Below are positions 1 through 12,657 of a stretch of DNA of 64,000 bases, in pieces. The first letter of the stretch is position 1. Each line of letters begins with the position of its first letter. The stretch lies in the NCBI GenBank assembly GCA_951406725.2, contig OX597817.1, positions 58,528,001 through 58,592,000 on the forward strand. The letters are read 5' to 3'. The notes under the pieces are model-generated. The model was given only the letters and a program-made list of their open reading frames with translations. It did not search any database and had not been told where the DNA came from. This stretch comes from Octopus vulgaris. Its lineage: Eukaryota. The translations under genes and the position numbers were made by a program.

Positions 1-122
1 TAGCTAGCTAGAGGCGATGGCCTCTTGGAGCTAATCAACGACAGCTTTAGTCTTATATTTATAGACTGCCATATTAATATGGCGATAACTATTAATATAT
101 ATATATATATATACATATATAT

Positions 123-175
<53 letters not shown>

Positions 176-1169
176 TATATATACATACATACATACATAC
201 ATACATACATACATACATACACACATACATTATGACTGCCCCCTCGTTATCGAGTATGGCCATTACACGAAGCTTAACTGTTACTGGTGCTGTGATCGAA
301 TGTGACTTTTTAGCCCAGCTAAAGATCTACAATGTCTTGTACATACATACATACATACATACATACATACATACATACATACATACATACATACGTACGT
401 ACATAAACCAGGCGGAGGATCGAAATTTGTTAGATGGGGGACTATGATCGATATGCTAACGATAGTATCAGAAAATATTTTAAATTATGCAGTTTTATAC
501 ATCTTTTATTGAACAGATCCCAGTTCAGAATTATCACTAACGATTGTTCAGTTGAGTGTCACATGAGAACACCATGCGACATCATATTTAACCACTTTAC
601 ACGCCTCACTACGCTGGCTAATGAATCAATCAATAACTTTATACATGAATCGATTCATCCGCCGACATTGCCCTTCCCTGTTGAATTTTAGCTTGAATCT
701 CGCCACACTAAATCAACTCTACACGTTATTATAAGATTAATTCCTTCTAAAAGATTGTATTTGGCGTAGAAAATAAGGAGAAGTACTTTTGTAAACCTTT
801 TAGCAGCACATCTTCAGGTGTGGACATGTGGGTTGGTCTCCAGCTACTACACAACTCCCACTTATGGCTTGCAGAAGTCGGTAGTGCACATCATTAGTTA
901 CCCCACAGTGCCTCAAAATGCTTATTTTAAGGTAAGTATTGAAAAAGTACCCCCAGAGTGGTCACGTAAAATATACAACAGAATTTACTTTCCAACCTTG
1001 CATTTTAATCGTAAATTTTGAACAGCGTTTCTCAAAGGGGGATGTATCGGCTCCTTTGGGACCCTGCAACCCACTTCAAAATGATTTACAATGAAAATGC
1101 TTTCTGATTCCATTTCGATAAAGGTTTCGCACGAAATGTCTGTAGACTTCTTTCCTTTTTCCATTATAT

Positions 1170-1587
1170 CTTTTATTTGTTTCAGTCATTAGGTTGTGGC
1201 CATACAGGGGCACCGCCTTGAAGGGACGAATCGACAGCAGTACTTGTCATCATTATGTTTTTTGTAATGCCTGGTACTTATTCTATCGACCTCTGTTGCC
1301 GAACCGCTAAGTAACTGGGACATAGACACATTTGCACCAAACCGTGGTGGTGGTGGTGGTGGTGGTGGTGGACACCCACACCCACACACACACACTCACA
1401 GATACACACACACATGCGTGCCTACAACGAGCTTCCTTCAGTTTCCGTCTCGCAAATCCACTCACACGGCTTGGGTCGGCCCGAAGCTATCGTAGAAAAA
1501 CACTTGCCCAACGTAGCAAGCTGTGGGACTGAACCCAAAACCACGTGGCCGAGAAGTAAACTTCTTACTACATAGCTACGCCTGCAC
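1170..1587 (-). mobile_element. SINE family A copy
   Basis: Reverse complement of the family-A sequence seen complete at 24644-25031, with internal (CA)n. Confidence 0.8.
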
Positions 1588-1706
1588 CAACTTTTGCGTG
1601 AATTATTTTTGCGTTAATTAGTTTTGTGTTAATTAGTTTTGCGTTTTCATTTTGTTCTTTAGTCAGGAGAGAATGAGTTACGGCAATCTGTGCAACAAGC
1701 ATGACC

Positions 1707-1741
<35 letters not shown>

Positions 1742-3098
1742 ACATTTTATCCACCATCTTTTGAAAGATTTGTCTACCTGTTGTAACCTTTCACGCCGTC
1801 CAATTGATTAATCTCTTGTTTCTCTCGCTTCATTTGAGGTGTTTTACCTGGAAGATGTATCGAGGCCACGACTCTAACTCTTCGATATGTCATCAGACAT
1901 AAATAATGCCTCTACACACACATACGACGTCCCGTTTTCCTTTCATTAAAGCAATATTTAGGAACTGAGATTTGCGAATGATCTTTTGCTCAAAGCTCAC
2001 ATTTATAATCCGGTGATCAACCAGGAAGGAAACGAATCTAAATTTATTTTTTATCGCTTATAGAGAAAAAAAAAAGAAGGAAGTGGCTTTGATATTTGTT
2101 GGGGTCTGGGAGAAAAAAAGGAAAGTTACTCCCAGTCGGAAAACTCTGACCTGAATGCATACCACAAAGTGTACTTTTTTAAAGTCTCCCAAGGACCTCT
2201 TCGTGGTGTTTAGCTGGGTTATTACACCAAAAAAATCTATCATCTAAAAACCGCTATCACCCAAGCACAAGAACCGTTCCATGTAATGAATTGGCACGCA
2301 TTTTCCATTAACCATATTTCTCTCACAAGGCTTTTGCTGTCCTGAAATTGTAGTGAAGGACGCTCAATGTCTGAATGTGCCGCAGAGCGAGATCGAACCT
2401 GGGGCAACATAGCCAGGAAGTTAACCCTAGAAATTTAGCTGATGCACAGTATTTCCTTTCAATTGCTAATATACTGGTGGGGGAAACTCCTATAATCGAT
2501 TTAATTGTAGGGCTTCGGTGACATCGTTGATTCGTCACCAATTACATATATACATGCACACATACTTACGAGATACTTAGATACATAGTACATACATACG
2601 TAAGTAATACATACATAAGTACATACATACGTACCAACATAAATGCAACCACATACACACATACACACACGCATATTGTTTTATGATGTTTTTTTATTAC
2701 TTTTCAATGTGGTATTTGTGTTGTGAAAGCTCTTCAGCTTAAAGCTGGCTACGTTTTGTATTCACCCACCGTTCAGGCGTTTTATGGAATAAACAATAAA
2801 TCATGACTTGTGTTGCTCATAAAACAAAACTTGCATAATACTAATTATTTTAGCAACGAAATACTATTGTAGATTAACCGATTATCCATTATCAATATTC
2901 AAAGCATTTCATTTCATCTATCTTCCTATGTATGCATCTATACATCATGGATATATGTGTGTGTTTATTTATGTTTCTGAGTGTGTGTATGTATATGTAT
3001 GTATGTGTGTATGCTATATATTCCATGAGCTCATGATTCACGCACACATACTTATAAACATATACAGGTATACACACACATACCTGTGTGTGTGTGTA

Positions 3099-3240
3099 GG
3101 CGCGTGGTCTAGTGGTATTGCGCACTTACAATCGCAATTTCCTGGTTTCGATTCCTAGACCGGACGGTGGGTTGTTTTCTTGAGCAAGAAACTTTACGTT
3201 GCTCTGCCATCACTTCGACATTTGACCTGTGACACACAGT
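3099..3240 (+). mobile_element. tRNA-derived SINE head (family C-related)
   Basis: GGCGCGTGGTCTAGTGGT A-box and GGTTTCGATTCC B-box followed by TTGAGCAAG..CTT body; no full cloverleaf. Confidence 0.6.
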
Positions 3241-3430
3241 GCAGCACTGTACATACTTTTGCTCACTGTAAATAAATCATCTCTACTGGGATTTCAGTAA
3301 TAGATTACGGAAACCTGGTCTGTCGTTTACGACAGCTGAGTCCAATATAATGTAACATCTATCATATAACTAAATCACGAAACAGCTGTAAACAAACGAA
3401 ATAAACATCTATTCTCTCACCTCACTTCTC

Positions 3431-3432
<2 letters not shown>

Positions 3433-3508
<76 letters not shown>

Positions 3509-3525
3509 GTCTGTCTGTCTGTCTA

Positions 3526-3618
<93 letters not shown>

Positions 3619-3625
3619 TTATCTA
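3433..3625. repeat. (TCTA)n/(TCTG)n compound microsatellite
   Basis: Direct reading. Confidence 0.95.
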
Positions 3626-3924
3626 AAAGTTAACCTCCGAGGTCAACTTTGCCTTTCATACCTCCAGAATCGTTGAAATTCAATACGAGTCAAGTCCTAG
3701 AGTCGGTATAATCCAGTAACTCCCTCCCAGAGAAAAACTGCTGACCTACTCGTCAATTAATCCGTATTATAAGAAGTTCCTGACCGCCAGTATCCGGAAA
3801 GTCGAGGTTGTAGTTGCGCCATAAAAACTGAAGAATGTGAAACGTCAAAGAAGGAACGTGAACGCATGTTTGTACGAAACTGTACAGAAATCAGATCAGA
3901 ATTGATAATAGATTCATAGCTTAC

Positions 3925-4253
3925 CCAGCCATAGTTGGAAGCATTTTCAGGTTGCTGCTTGCATTTGCTGGTAGCAATGTTTCAGAGCCAGCAAAATCCA
4001 CAAACTCATCCTGCTGGATGGCTTTCAGGCCTTTACTACTCCCCGTTACATTGTAGTATATTGCCAGGTTGGTGAAAACTCTTCTCGTGGGCATGTAATT
4101 GTTAATCCATTGTGCGTAGACTTCGGCTGGGAAACTGGCACCGACTCCTTGAACGACAATTTCATCGGAAGAAACTAAACTTGATGCAAGTAGATTCACT
4201 ATGAGGATAACAAAATGTCGATGAGGAGAACTGAAAAAGTAACCCAGCTTCAT
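3925..4253 (-). CDS. First coding exon of a secreted or membrane protein with a PstS-like (periplasmic phosphate-binding, PBP2) N-terminal domain; gene continues beyond the left window edge
   Basis: In-frame TAA two codons before ATG 4253; hydrophobic signal peptide (FVILIVNLLASSLVSS); PstS-type motifs GVGASFPAEVYAQW, YNVTGSSKG, VDFAGSE, MLPTMAG; the ORF-track stop is really the donor GG|GTAAGC (GT at 3924-3923, phase 2). Confidence 0.85.
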
Positions 4254-5058
4254 CTTTTACCAGGTTCAATTCTTACTGTCGAATTAATATGAGAATAAAA
4301 AAGATATCCTTTTCTGTCCAACAAGAAAGGGTTGTAACAAACACGGAAGATGTTTTCAGAAAAATGTAACTAGGGACCCATGATTTATATTTATAAAAAT
4401 ATTTGGATGTTACTAGGTGATGTTTATGTTTTCTCCAAAGCACTAAATTTATAAAGGATACGAAATAGTTGAAGCCAAAAATTGTAGGAGTATCGAGAAT
4501 TCGGCTTGCTTGGGAATTCGAACCCTTGTTTGGCAATTTCACCAACTTTGGGGAATGTATCGAAAACATAAATAACGATTTCTGTCGCAAATATTTAAAG
4601 TTTAAACTCTTAAAAGAGAAAAATAGCCAATTGTAGCATTCATGCCTTTCTTCGAGAGACAGAAGAAAGTAAGTTGGAATGGCTGACAATGTGTATTGGA
4701 AGTGGATCAAGGACTCATTTCCGCGGTCCTTATTGCATCATCCGTTACTTGAGAACATTATAAGAAAATGGTAAATATTAGAAGAGAAATCTTGTTGGAT
4801 TCACACGTTTGCTTTCCAATAGTTGTGCTATTTATTAAAATTCTCGTCGTTTCTCTGTATCCATTACATTTAGAACTATGGCGAGAACTTGCGTCCATTT
4901 AAGTTGGATTGTGTATTTCGTAATTGTGGTGAGTGTTTTCGTTTTCGACCATAAACATAATCTTCTTTGGTGAGAAATATTTCATTAAATTCGGTCAAGT
5001 GAGAGGAGTGTGGCACATCATATTCTCTTCAGGCATTTACCATTCTTGAAAGAGGTAT
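4254..5058 (-). other. Probable 5' UTR part of the same exon, with a candidate splice acceptor
   Basis: Repeat-free unique sequence upstream of the ATG; minus-strand TTTACTGTTTTCTACATTCCAG| acceptor with AG at 5060-5059. Confidence 0.4.
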
Positions 5059-5478
5059 CTGGAATGTAGAAAACAGTAAATTGAATTGCTACTAATTTTG
5101 ATAAGACAAAGATCTTCAATACCTTCTTTTACCTGTTAAAGTTATTAGATAGCGGCCATGTTGGGGCACCACATTGAAGATTTAGTCGAACAAATAGACC
5201 TGGTACTTATTTTATCGGTCTCTTTTTGTGGAACCGCTAGATTACGAGGACGTAAGCTTACAGCTGTTAGATATTATTCTATCTTTTGTGATCTACGTTA
5301 TATATTTTAATAATTACTGGTATTTTTATATATTGTATATGTAAAGCATATTATGCTATATATATATGTATATTGTTATAATGTTTTTTGTTTTAAAAAT
5401 AAATAAATAAATAGACATAATATAATGTCTAAAAGTTGATGAATACCACCTCTTGATCCCCTCCATTTTCTTATTGCC

Positions 5479-5514
<36 letters not shown>

Positions 5515-6386
5515 AGAGTTTACGAAAAAGACAAAAGACGAAGACAGGTGGTGTACAAAACAAACAGATGTATTAGTATAACGCTCAGGCTCAGGAATAG
5601 AAAAAGTATTTTATATGTGTGTGTGTGTGTAAAGTATAATTTCAGTGTAAAGCAAAAGTCTTAGGTCCTGATAAGGTGTAAAGTTAGGGCATTTCCAGAG
5701 AAGCATTGGACCCGAATACTGGGCTATCAACACAGTCGGGCTCCAGGCGAAAGCAAGAATTCCTCAGGTATAGAAAATCCGAGTTTTACGATGATTACAC
5801 CGTAAAGTGTGTTCCTCCCGATATAAGCAAAAATAAAATTAAAAAAAAAAAAAGTCTGGAAGACGCACAATGTGACATCACACTTTTGAAGTAACTCTGA
5901 TGAAGTGTCTCTCTAATGTCTAAAATCGCAAACATTCTGTAAATTGTCACTTCGAAATTTTGCGTAGTATAGCGTTGAAAATAGAGTTGGTACAGAAACA
6001 ATTTCTTGTCAATCACGAAACCAAAACATCCAACTACACTGGCAACTCATATCAATAAATTAAACTTTCACAATAAAGAATTCAGTCTAGATTGGTCTAT
6101 CATAATGGAAACCATATAATACACACACTAAAAATTCCAGTTTATGCAGGAAGGAGGCGAACCACGTTCCCCGTGGCAACAAAAAAAAAAAGCTTACTTA
6201 TTAAGATATCTGATGTCAATTGCCTGTAGACAGAAATATCTATCAATTTATAAATTCTTCCCCCAAAATAATTAATCTATGGGGTTTAAACTAGTCACCC
6301 CTCATATTTTCGACTCGTCTTAGAATAATATTATACAGAGCGTCGTATTGTATCTTAGCACCTGCAAATTTAATTCTAGTTATATC

Positions 6387-6617
6387 TATTTCTTTACTAC
6401 CCACAAGGGGCTAAACACAGAAGGGACAAACAAGGACAGACAAACGGATTAAGTCGATTGTATCGACCCCAGTGCGTAACTGGTTCTTAATTTATCGACC
6501 CCGAAAGGATGAAAGGCAAAGTCGACCTCGGCGGAATTTGAACTCAGAACGTAACGGCAGACGAAATACCGCTAAGCATTTCGCCCGGTGTGGTAACGTT
6601 TCTACCAGCTCGCCGCC
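6387..6617 (-). mobile_element. SINE family B monomer
   Basis: Reverse complement of GGCGGCGAGCTGG...GAGTTCAAATTCCGCCGAGGTCGAC...GTGGGTAGTAAAGAAATA. Confidence 0.85.
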
Positions 6618-6766
6618 TAATTCTAGTTATATCATCCGCATGAACAGAATGGTCCGACAAAGATCGATACTAGGGTCATAATTATGGGTGACAATTTCAT
6701 ATGACACCGCTAGAATAACTGCCGTTCAAACCGAAAAGATCCTATATATATATATATATATATATA

Positions 6767-6803
<37 letters not shown>

Positions 6804-6805
<2 letters not shown>

Positions 6806-7113
6806 TGGCGCAATGGCCCAGTGGTTAGGGCAGCGGACTTGCGGTCGTAGGATCGCGGTTTCGATTCCCAGACCGGGCGTTGTGAGTGTTTATTGAGCGA
6901 AAACACCCAAAGCTCCACGAAGCTCCGGCAGGGGGTGGTCGCGATTCCTGCTGTACTCTTTCACCACAACTTTCTCTCACTCTTTCTTCTGTTGGCCTGC
7001 TCGCTTAGCCAGCGGGGGGGGGGCGTCATTTGAAGGCTAAAACAATGCGAAGTGCATTGTGACCAGCGATGTGTAGCAACATCTGATAGCCTGGTCGGTC
7101 ACGGTGATCACGG

Positions 7114-7116
<3 letters not shown>
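6804..7116 (+). mobile_element. tRNA-derived SINE family C, near full length
   Basis: TGGCCCAGTGGTTAG A-box, GGTTTCGATTCCC B-box, unique body; inserted between (GT)n and (TA)n. Confidence 0.8.
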
Positions 7117-7152
<36 letters not shown>

Positions 7153-7154
<2 letters not shown>

Positions 7155-7517
7155 AGGCTGGCTTCCCAGCCACATGTCTCCGGGTTCAGTCCCACTGCAT
7201 GTCGCCTTGGGCATCTTCTACTATAGCCTCGGACCAACCAAAGCCTTGTTAGTGGATTTGGTTCCGGAAACTGAAAGAAGCCCGTGGTGTGTATATATAT
7301 GTATAAATTTTTTTGTGTGTGTCTGTGTGTCCCCCTCTGCCACTACTATCACTTGACAACCATTGTTGCTGTGTTTATATCCCTGAAACTTTACGGTTCG
7401 GCAAAAGATACTGATAGAATAAGTACTAGACTTACAAGGAATAAGTCCTAGGGTCGTTTTTTCGACCAAAAGTGGTGTTCCAGCATGGCTACAGTCAAAT
7501 GACCGAAACATGTAACA

Positions 7518-7585
<68 letters not shown>

Positions 7586-7783
7586 TTTCAGTCATTTGAC
7601 TGCAGCCATGCCGGAGCATAGCCTTTAGTCGTGCAAATCGACCCCGGGACTTATTCTTTGTAAGCCTAGTACTTATTCTATCGGTCTCTTTTGCCGAACC
7701 GTTAAGTTACGGGAACGTAAACACACCAGCATCGGTTGTCAAGTAATGGTGGGGGGACAGACAGACATACACACACACACACA

Positions 7784-7817
<34 letters not shown>

Positions 7818-7818
7818 A

Positions 7819-7872
<54 letters not shown>

Positions 7873-8026
7873 GACGGGCTTCTTACAGTTTCCGTCTACC
7901 AAATCCACTCACAAGGGTTTGGGCGGCCCGAGGTTATGGTAGAAGACACTTGCCCAAGATGCCACGCGGTGGGACTGAACCCAGAACCATGTGTTTGGTC
8001 AGCAAGCTACGTAACACACAGCCACT
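7153..8026. mobile_element. Two SINE-A copies tail-to-tail (7153-7518 +, 7585-8026 -) around (TA)n
   Basis: Family-A sequence in both orientations. Confidence 0.8.
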
Positions 8027-8473
8027 CACGCTGGATTTCTGCACAGTTCTCGTGTACCAAATTTCAGTCGATAAATTGTGGGTCAACTAAGCGTTAAATT
8101 AGAAGACAATCTGCTAAGTTTTCTACACAGCGGGATCGAACCTGTAATTTCATGGTTATGAAGCGAGCATCTTAGCCACGTACTCTCTGGAAAATGTCTG
8201 AATGGGAAGTGTTCCAGTAAAATTGATTGAAAGTGTAATTGTGCTTGTATTGTGCGCAACACTACTTGAAACAGTACATCTGTGTGTTGAAGCTTTCTCG
8301 GTAGTCAGTCTTATTTTGAAGTTGCAAATCAATTTTCGGATTAATTCATCGAATACAATGTTGATTTATTAATCGATTTATGAGATCCATTTGATATAAA
8401 CATCAATGTAGCTACAAGCAAAGAGAGAGAGAGAGAGAAAGAGAAAGATGTGTGTATGGGCGTATCGGTGTGC

Positions 8474-8620
<147 letters not shown>

Positions 8621-9036
8621 GGCGGCGAGCTGGTAGAAACGTTAGCACGCCGGGCGAAATGCTTAGCGATATTTCGTCTGCCGTTACGTTCTGGGTTCAA
8701 ATTCCGCCGACGTCGACTTAGCCTTTCATCCTTTCGGGGTCGATTAAATAAGTATCAGTTACGCACAGGGCTCGATATAATCAACTTAATCTGTTTGTCT
8801 GTCCTTGTTTGTACTCTCTGTGTGTAGCCCCTTGTGTGCAGTAAAGAAACAGAAATAGGTATTTCGTCTGTCGCTAAGTTCTGAGTTCAAATTCCGCCGA
8901 GGTCAACTTTGCCTTTCATCCTTTCGGGGTCGATTAAATAAGTACCATTTATGCACTGGGATCGATGTAATCGACTTAATCTCTTTGTCTATCCTTGTTT
9001 GTCCCCTCTATGTTTAGCCCCTTGTGGGTAATAGAG
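8621..9036 (+). mobile_element. SINE-B dimer (head plus repeated body)
   Basis: Body restarts at GGTATTTCGTCTG 8858. Confidence 0.85.
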
Positions 9037-9086
9037 GATTAAATATATATGTGTGTGTGTGTATATATTTATATATGTAAATATGC

Positions 9087-9127
<41 letters not shown>

Positions 9128-9128
<1 letters not shown>

Positions 9129-9340
9129 CTGTCGAACTACCTTTGTCCAGCCAGTCGCCATGATTGACCGCTAATTCCCAAAGTTTTTTTATTCTCTTCC
9201 TGTTTATTTCCTCGTGTTCCTTTCTGTTGAAGAGCGTAGGTTCGAAACGTAAAAGACTTTCTCCCATTTCCGAGCGTCAAACTAATACACCTTCTTGTTG
9301 TTCATACATCTGTTTTCATCTTTTGTTTTTCTGTAAATTT

Positions 9341-9342
<2 letters not shown>
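9128..9342 (+). mobile_element. PLE pseudo-LTR-like element with variant hammerhead core (CTGTTGA at 9224)
   Basis: CTTT-CTGTTGA-A-GAGC-GTAG-GTTC-GAAAC-GTA-AAAG; homologous copy at about 57640-57885 and a reverse 3' piece at 5511-5610. Confidence 0.6.
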
Positions 9343-9414
<72 letters not shown>

Positions 9415-9496
9415 TAGGATAATCAATAAGTTGTTATAATAATACTCAGAGTTTCAAATGCCGGAGCTAAGAGCTACGATGTATATATTAATATAT

Positions 9497-9580
9497 ATAC
9501 CAACCAGTTTCGCACTGGGGGTTCAACGGAGTGTTAAGTAACAGTCCGATTATGTAATCCTGCGCTCATCAGAGGCAGTC
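9497..9580 (-). ncRNA. Type I hammerhead-like motif
   Basis: Minus strand: TGCCT-CTGATGA-GCGC...GTGC-GAAAC-TG-GTT-GGTA; stem I imperfect. Confidence 0.6.
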
Positions 9581-10329
9581 ATTATGGAATGAAATATGGG
9601 GAATACTCCCTATTGTTGGAGAGGCACAGACACATCTGGTTTGTAGTTATAGACGAAAATTATAAAGAGAAGAAAAGAAAATGTGCTAAAACGTAAATAA
9701 ACTGTATATAATGTTATTGCTGGACGATCGGAAGAAGCACTGTTAGTGAAGTTGTTATTTTGTTGGTTTCTTATCAGCTGTAGACAAAAGCCAGTCCAGT
9801 TTTACTCCGACTTTTGGGATATTACTTCTCAGTTTTAAGATATGATGACGAGGGGAAAAGTTAATTCTCAAATAGACTGGTTTATACATAACCTGTCAAT
9901 ATTCTAGCTACTATTTCTGCATCTGCACTGAGAAATCCTCCACGTAGTCTCTTAACCAAAAAGAGGTTGCAGGAAAATTGCACTAAAATCAACACAACGT
10001 GGAGCAGCCTTGGCGATCTGCTATTTCATGGGAGACAATATTTTCTAGATTAAATTATGGCAGGATAGGTAATTTGAATTTTAAATTCAGGAGTAAAGTT
10101 GAATGTGCATGGAATATACACATTTAATTCTTTTTGTTCTCGTAAAAATCTTAAAATATTCATTTTTAGGTGACCACCTTTAGTACCATTTCATCTTTAT
10201 TTGAAATCATCAGCACGGCATAATCTCAGATAAATAAATTAAACTAAATTGAGCATTTTTCGAAGCTAGACAATTCTTACAAAGCGAAAATAATTAGTCT
10301 GCGCAAGTACTCCACATTAAATTGTTCTG

Positions 10330-11526
10330 TCATTTCTTTCTCCATCAATTTATCCATTTCCAACATCCTGAAGTACTTATAGCCCGTTTCTTCTATTTGC
10401 TTCATAACCTACCGCGTCGATATCCATACATTTGATTTTGCCTCTCTTCAAGACTAACACACCACACTTTCTCTGTCCAAACTCCATTCTGATATCAGCA
10501 CTGAAAGTATACACCGTATCACCGAGGGAACTGACTTGGGATTCATCTTTACCATAAAGTTTGAGGTCATCCATGAATAACAAATGGTTGACTTTTTGTT
10601 GGCGACTTTTGAATAAATACCCAGCCTTTGCTTTCCTCAGAATCAGTGTTAGTGGTATCATGCACGGTACAAAGATCTGTGGGGACAGGCAGTCCCTTTC
10701 GAAGATGCCTCTCCTGATCTCTATTGTCCCTAAACTTCTTTCCTATGCTGTCAGTTCCGTCCTCCACTTCGCCATACTTTTTCCAAGCAATCGCTCAACA
10801 TTCGATGCAATACCAAATAGGTTCATACATTCCATAATCTCTCGGTCATTTTTAAGGGTTCCTTTCATCAGCCAATGCTACCTATTTTTTCCAGCAATTT
10901 CTGTTGTGGCTACATGGAATTGATTGTGTAGTCCCTCAATTCTTCTTCATGTCCTTTTTGTACTTCTTCCTTTGTCTTCTCTTTTCCTCTGCTCTCAATA
11001 CTATTTCGTTCTCAGCTGTCGCTAGCAAGGTTTCCTTACTTTGTGCTAGGTATCTCATTAAGCTTTCGAGTTCGATACGCACGCAGTCTTCCACATTTAT
11101 CAGTCCCCTTCCTCCATTTGCTCTCTTCATGTAATGGCGATCAGTATCTACACGTGGATGATGGGCTCCATGCATTGCTAAGAGCTTTCTTGACTTCCTG
11201 TCCATTTCCTTTAGCTCCTTCACTGTCCACTTCAGGATTCCAGCACCAAACCGAACTACTGCAACTGTGCGCGAGTTTATTGTCGATATTATGTTTCTGG
11301 TATTCAGTTTTGAAGCCAATAATTTTCTCACTCACCACAGGCACTCTCCTTTTGTCTTTTCTTTCATGTCATTGTGTTTGATTCCATCTGCCTTGAACAT
11401 TCCCAAGTATCTATAGCTGGATTGAGGTTGAATTGCCTTCATCATTCCACCATTTGGCAACAATATGCCTTCTGTCCTGGCAAGCTTTCCTCGTCTCATC
11501 ACCATCCTAGCACGTTTTGAGAGTCC

Positions 11527-11527
<1 letters not shown>
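10330..11527 (-). mobile_element. R4/Dong-like (RLE-type) non-LTR retrotransposon fragments, degenerate
   Basis: RT motifs RRGIF..D.LSP, NHLLFMDDLKLY, KCGVLVLKRGK; post-RT motifs HHPRVDTDRHYMKRANGGRGL; frameshifts and stops; abuts (TTA)n. Confidence 0.85.
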
Positions 11528-11737
<210 letters not shown>

Positions 11738-11874
11738 GTGACTTCTCTCTCGGGTTTTTAACTCTAACCATTTCCCTCGAGACATTGTTTCTTTGTTACT
11801 TTTTTTATAATTCGTTTTCAATCGCAAAGGGAAATTTTTCTGTTTCGTAGGTTTAACTCTAAGATATACTTTAA

Positions 11875-12040
11875 TCTTTACTCGTTTCAGTCATTTGACT
11901 GCGGCCAAGCTGGAGCACCGCCTTTTAGTCGAACAAATCGACCCCAGGATTTATTTATTTGTCGAACCGCTATGTTAGGGGGACATAAACACACCGACAA
12001 CGGTTGTCAAGTGATGGTGGGGGAATAAACACAGACACAA

Positions 12041-12071
<31 letters not shown>

Positions 12072-12343
12072 CGACGGGCTTCTTTCGGTTTCCTTCTACC
12101 AGGTCCAATCACAAGACTTTGGTCGGCCCGAGGCTATAGTAGAAGACACTTGCCCAAGGTGCCACGCAGTGGGACTGAACCTGGAACCATGTGGTTGGAT
12201 AGCAAGCTTCTTACCAAAGAGTTACTCCTCTTTCCAAGCTTATATGCAGCATACAGTTTATAGTAGAAGACACTTGCCGAAGGTGCCACGCAGTGGGACT
12301 GAACCCAGAACCAAGCTTCTTACCACACAGTTACGCCTGTGCC
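11875..12343 (-). mobile_element. SINE-A copy with duplicated head segment
   Basis: TATAGTAGAAGACACTTGCC...CAGTGGGACTGAACC occurs twice (about 12135 and 12259). Confidence 0.75.
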
Positions 12344-12449
12344 TAAATAGGAGACAATGATTTGCATAATGACTTGCGTGCTAATTACTGGCGTTATTAA
12401 GAATTTTTACATTTGTAAAACAGTCTTTAGACAGAGATCAATCATCTTT

Positions 12450-12657
12450 TCTTCTCTAGGCAGAAGGCCCGAAATTTCTGGGAAGGGGGTTAGTGGATTA
12501 GATCGACCCCAGTATGCAACTGGTACTTAATTTATCGACCCCGAAGGATGAAAGGCAAAGTCGATCTCAGCGGAATTTGAACTCAGAACGTAGCGGCAGA
12601 CGAAATACCACTAAGCATTTCGCCCGTCGTGCTAACGTTTCAGCCAGCTCGCCGCCT
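12450..12657 (-). mobile_element. SINE-B variant copy
   Basis: Family-B head and core with alternative tail. Confidence 0.8.

Noticed and set aside
1-3920. Second PstS exon (expected AYNL..., WND, R.D.SGT)
   Set aside because: Not found on the minus strand by eye or in the ORF track; probably outside the window.
3921-4253. Bacterial contamination or a single-exon 110-aa pstS
   Set aside because: The ORF breaks at a splice donor mid-domain, there are no pstCAB neighbours, and the flanks are host repeats.
4273-4710. 145-aa ORF upstream of the PstS exon
   Set aside because: Non-ATG start, no recognisable motif and UTR-like composition.
6804-6880. tRNA gene
   Set aside because: The A and B boxes run into a SINE body with no proper acceptor stem; the same holds for 3099 and 29905.
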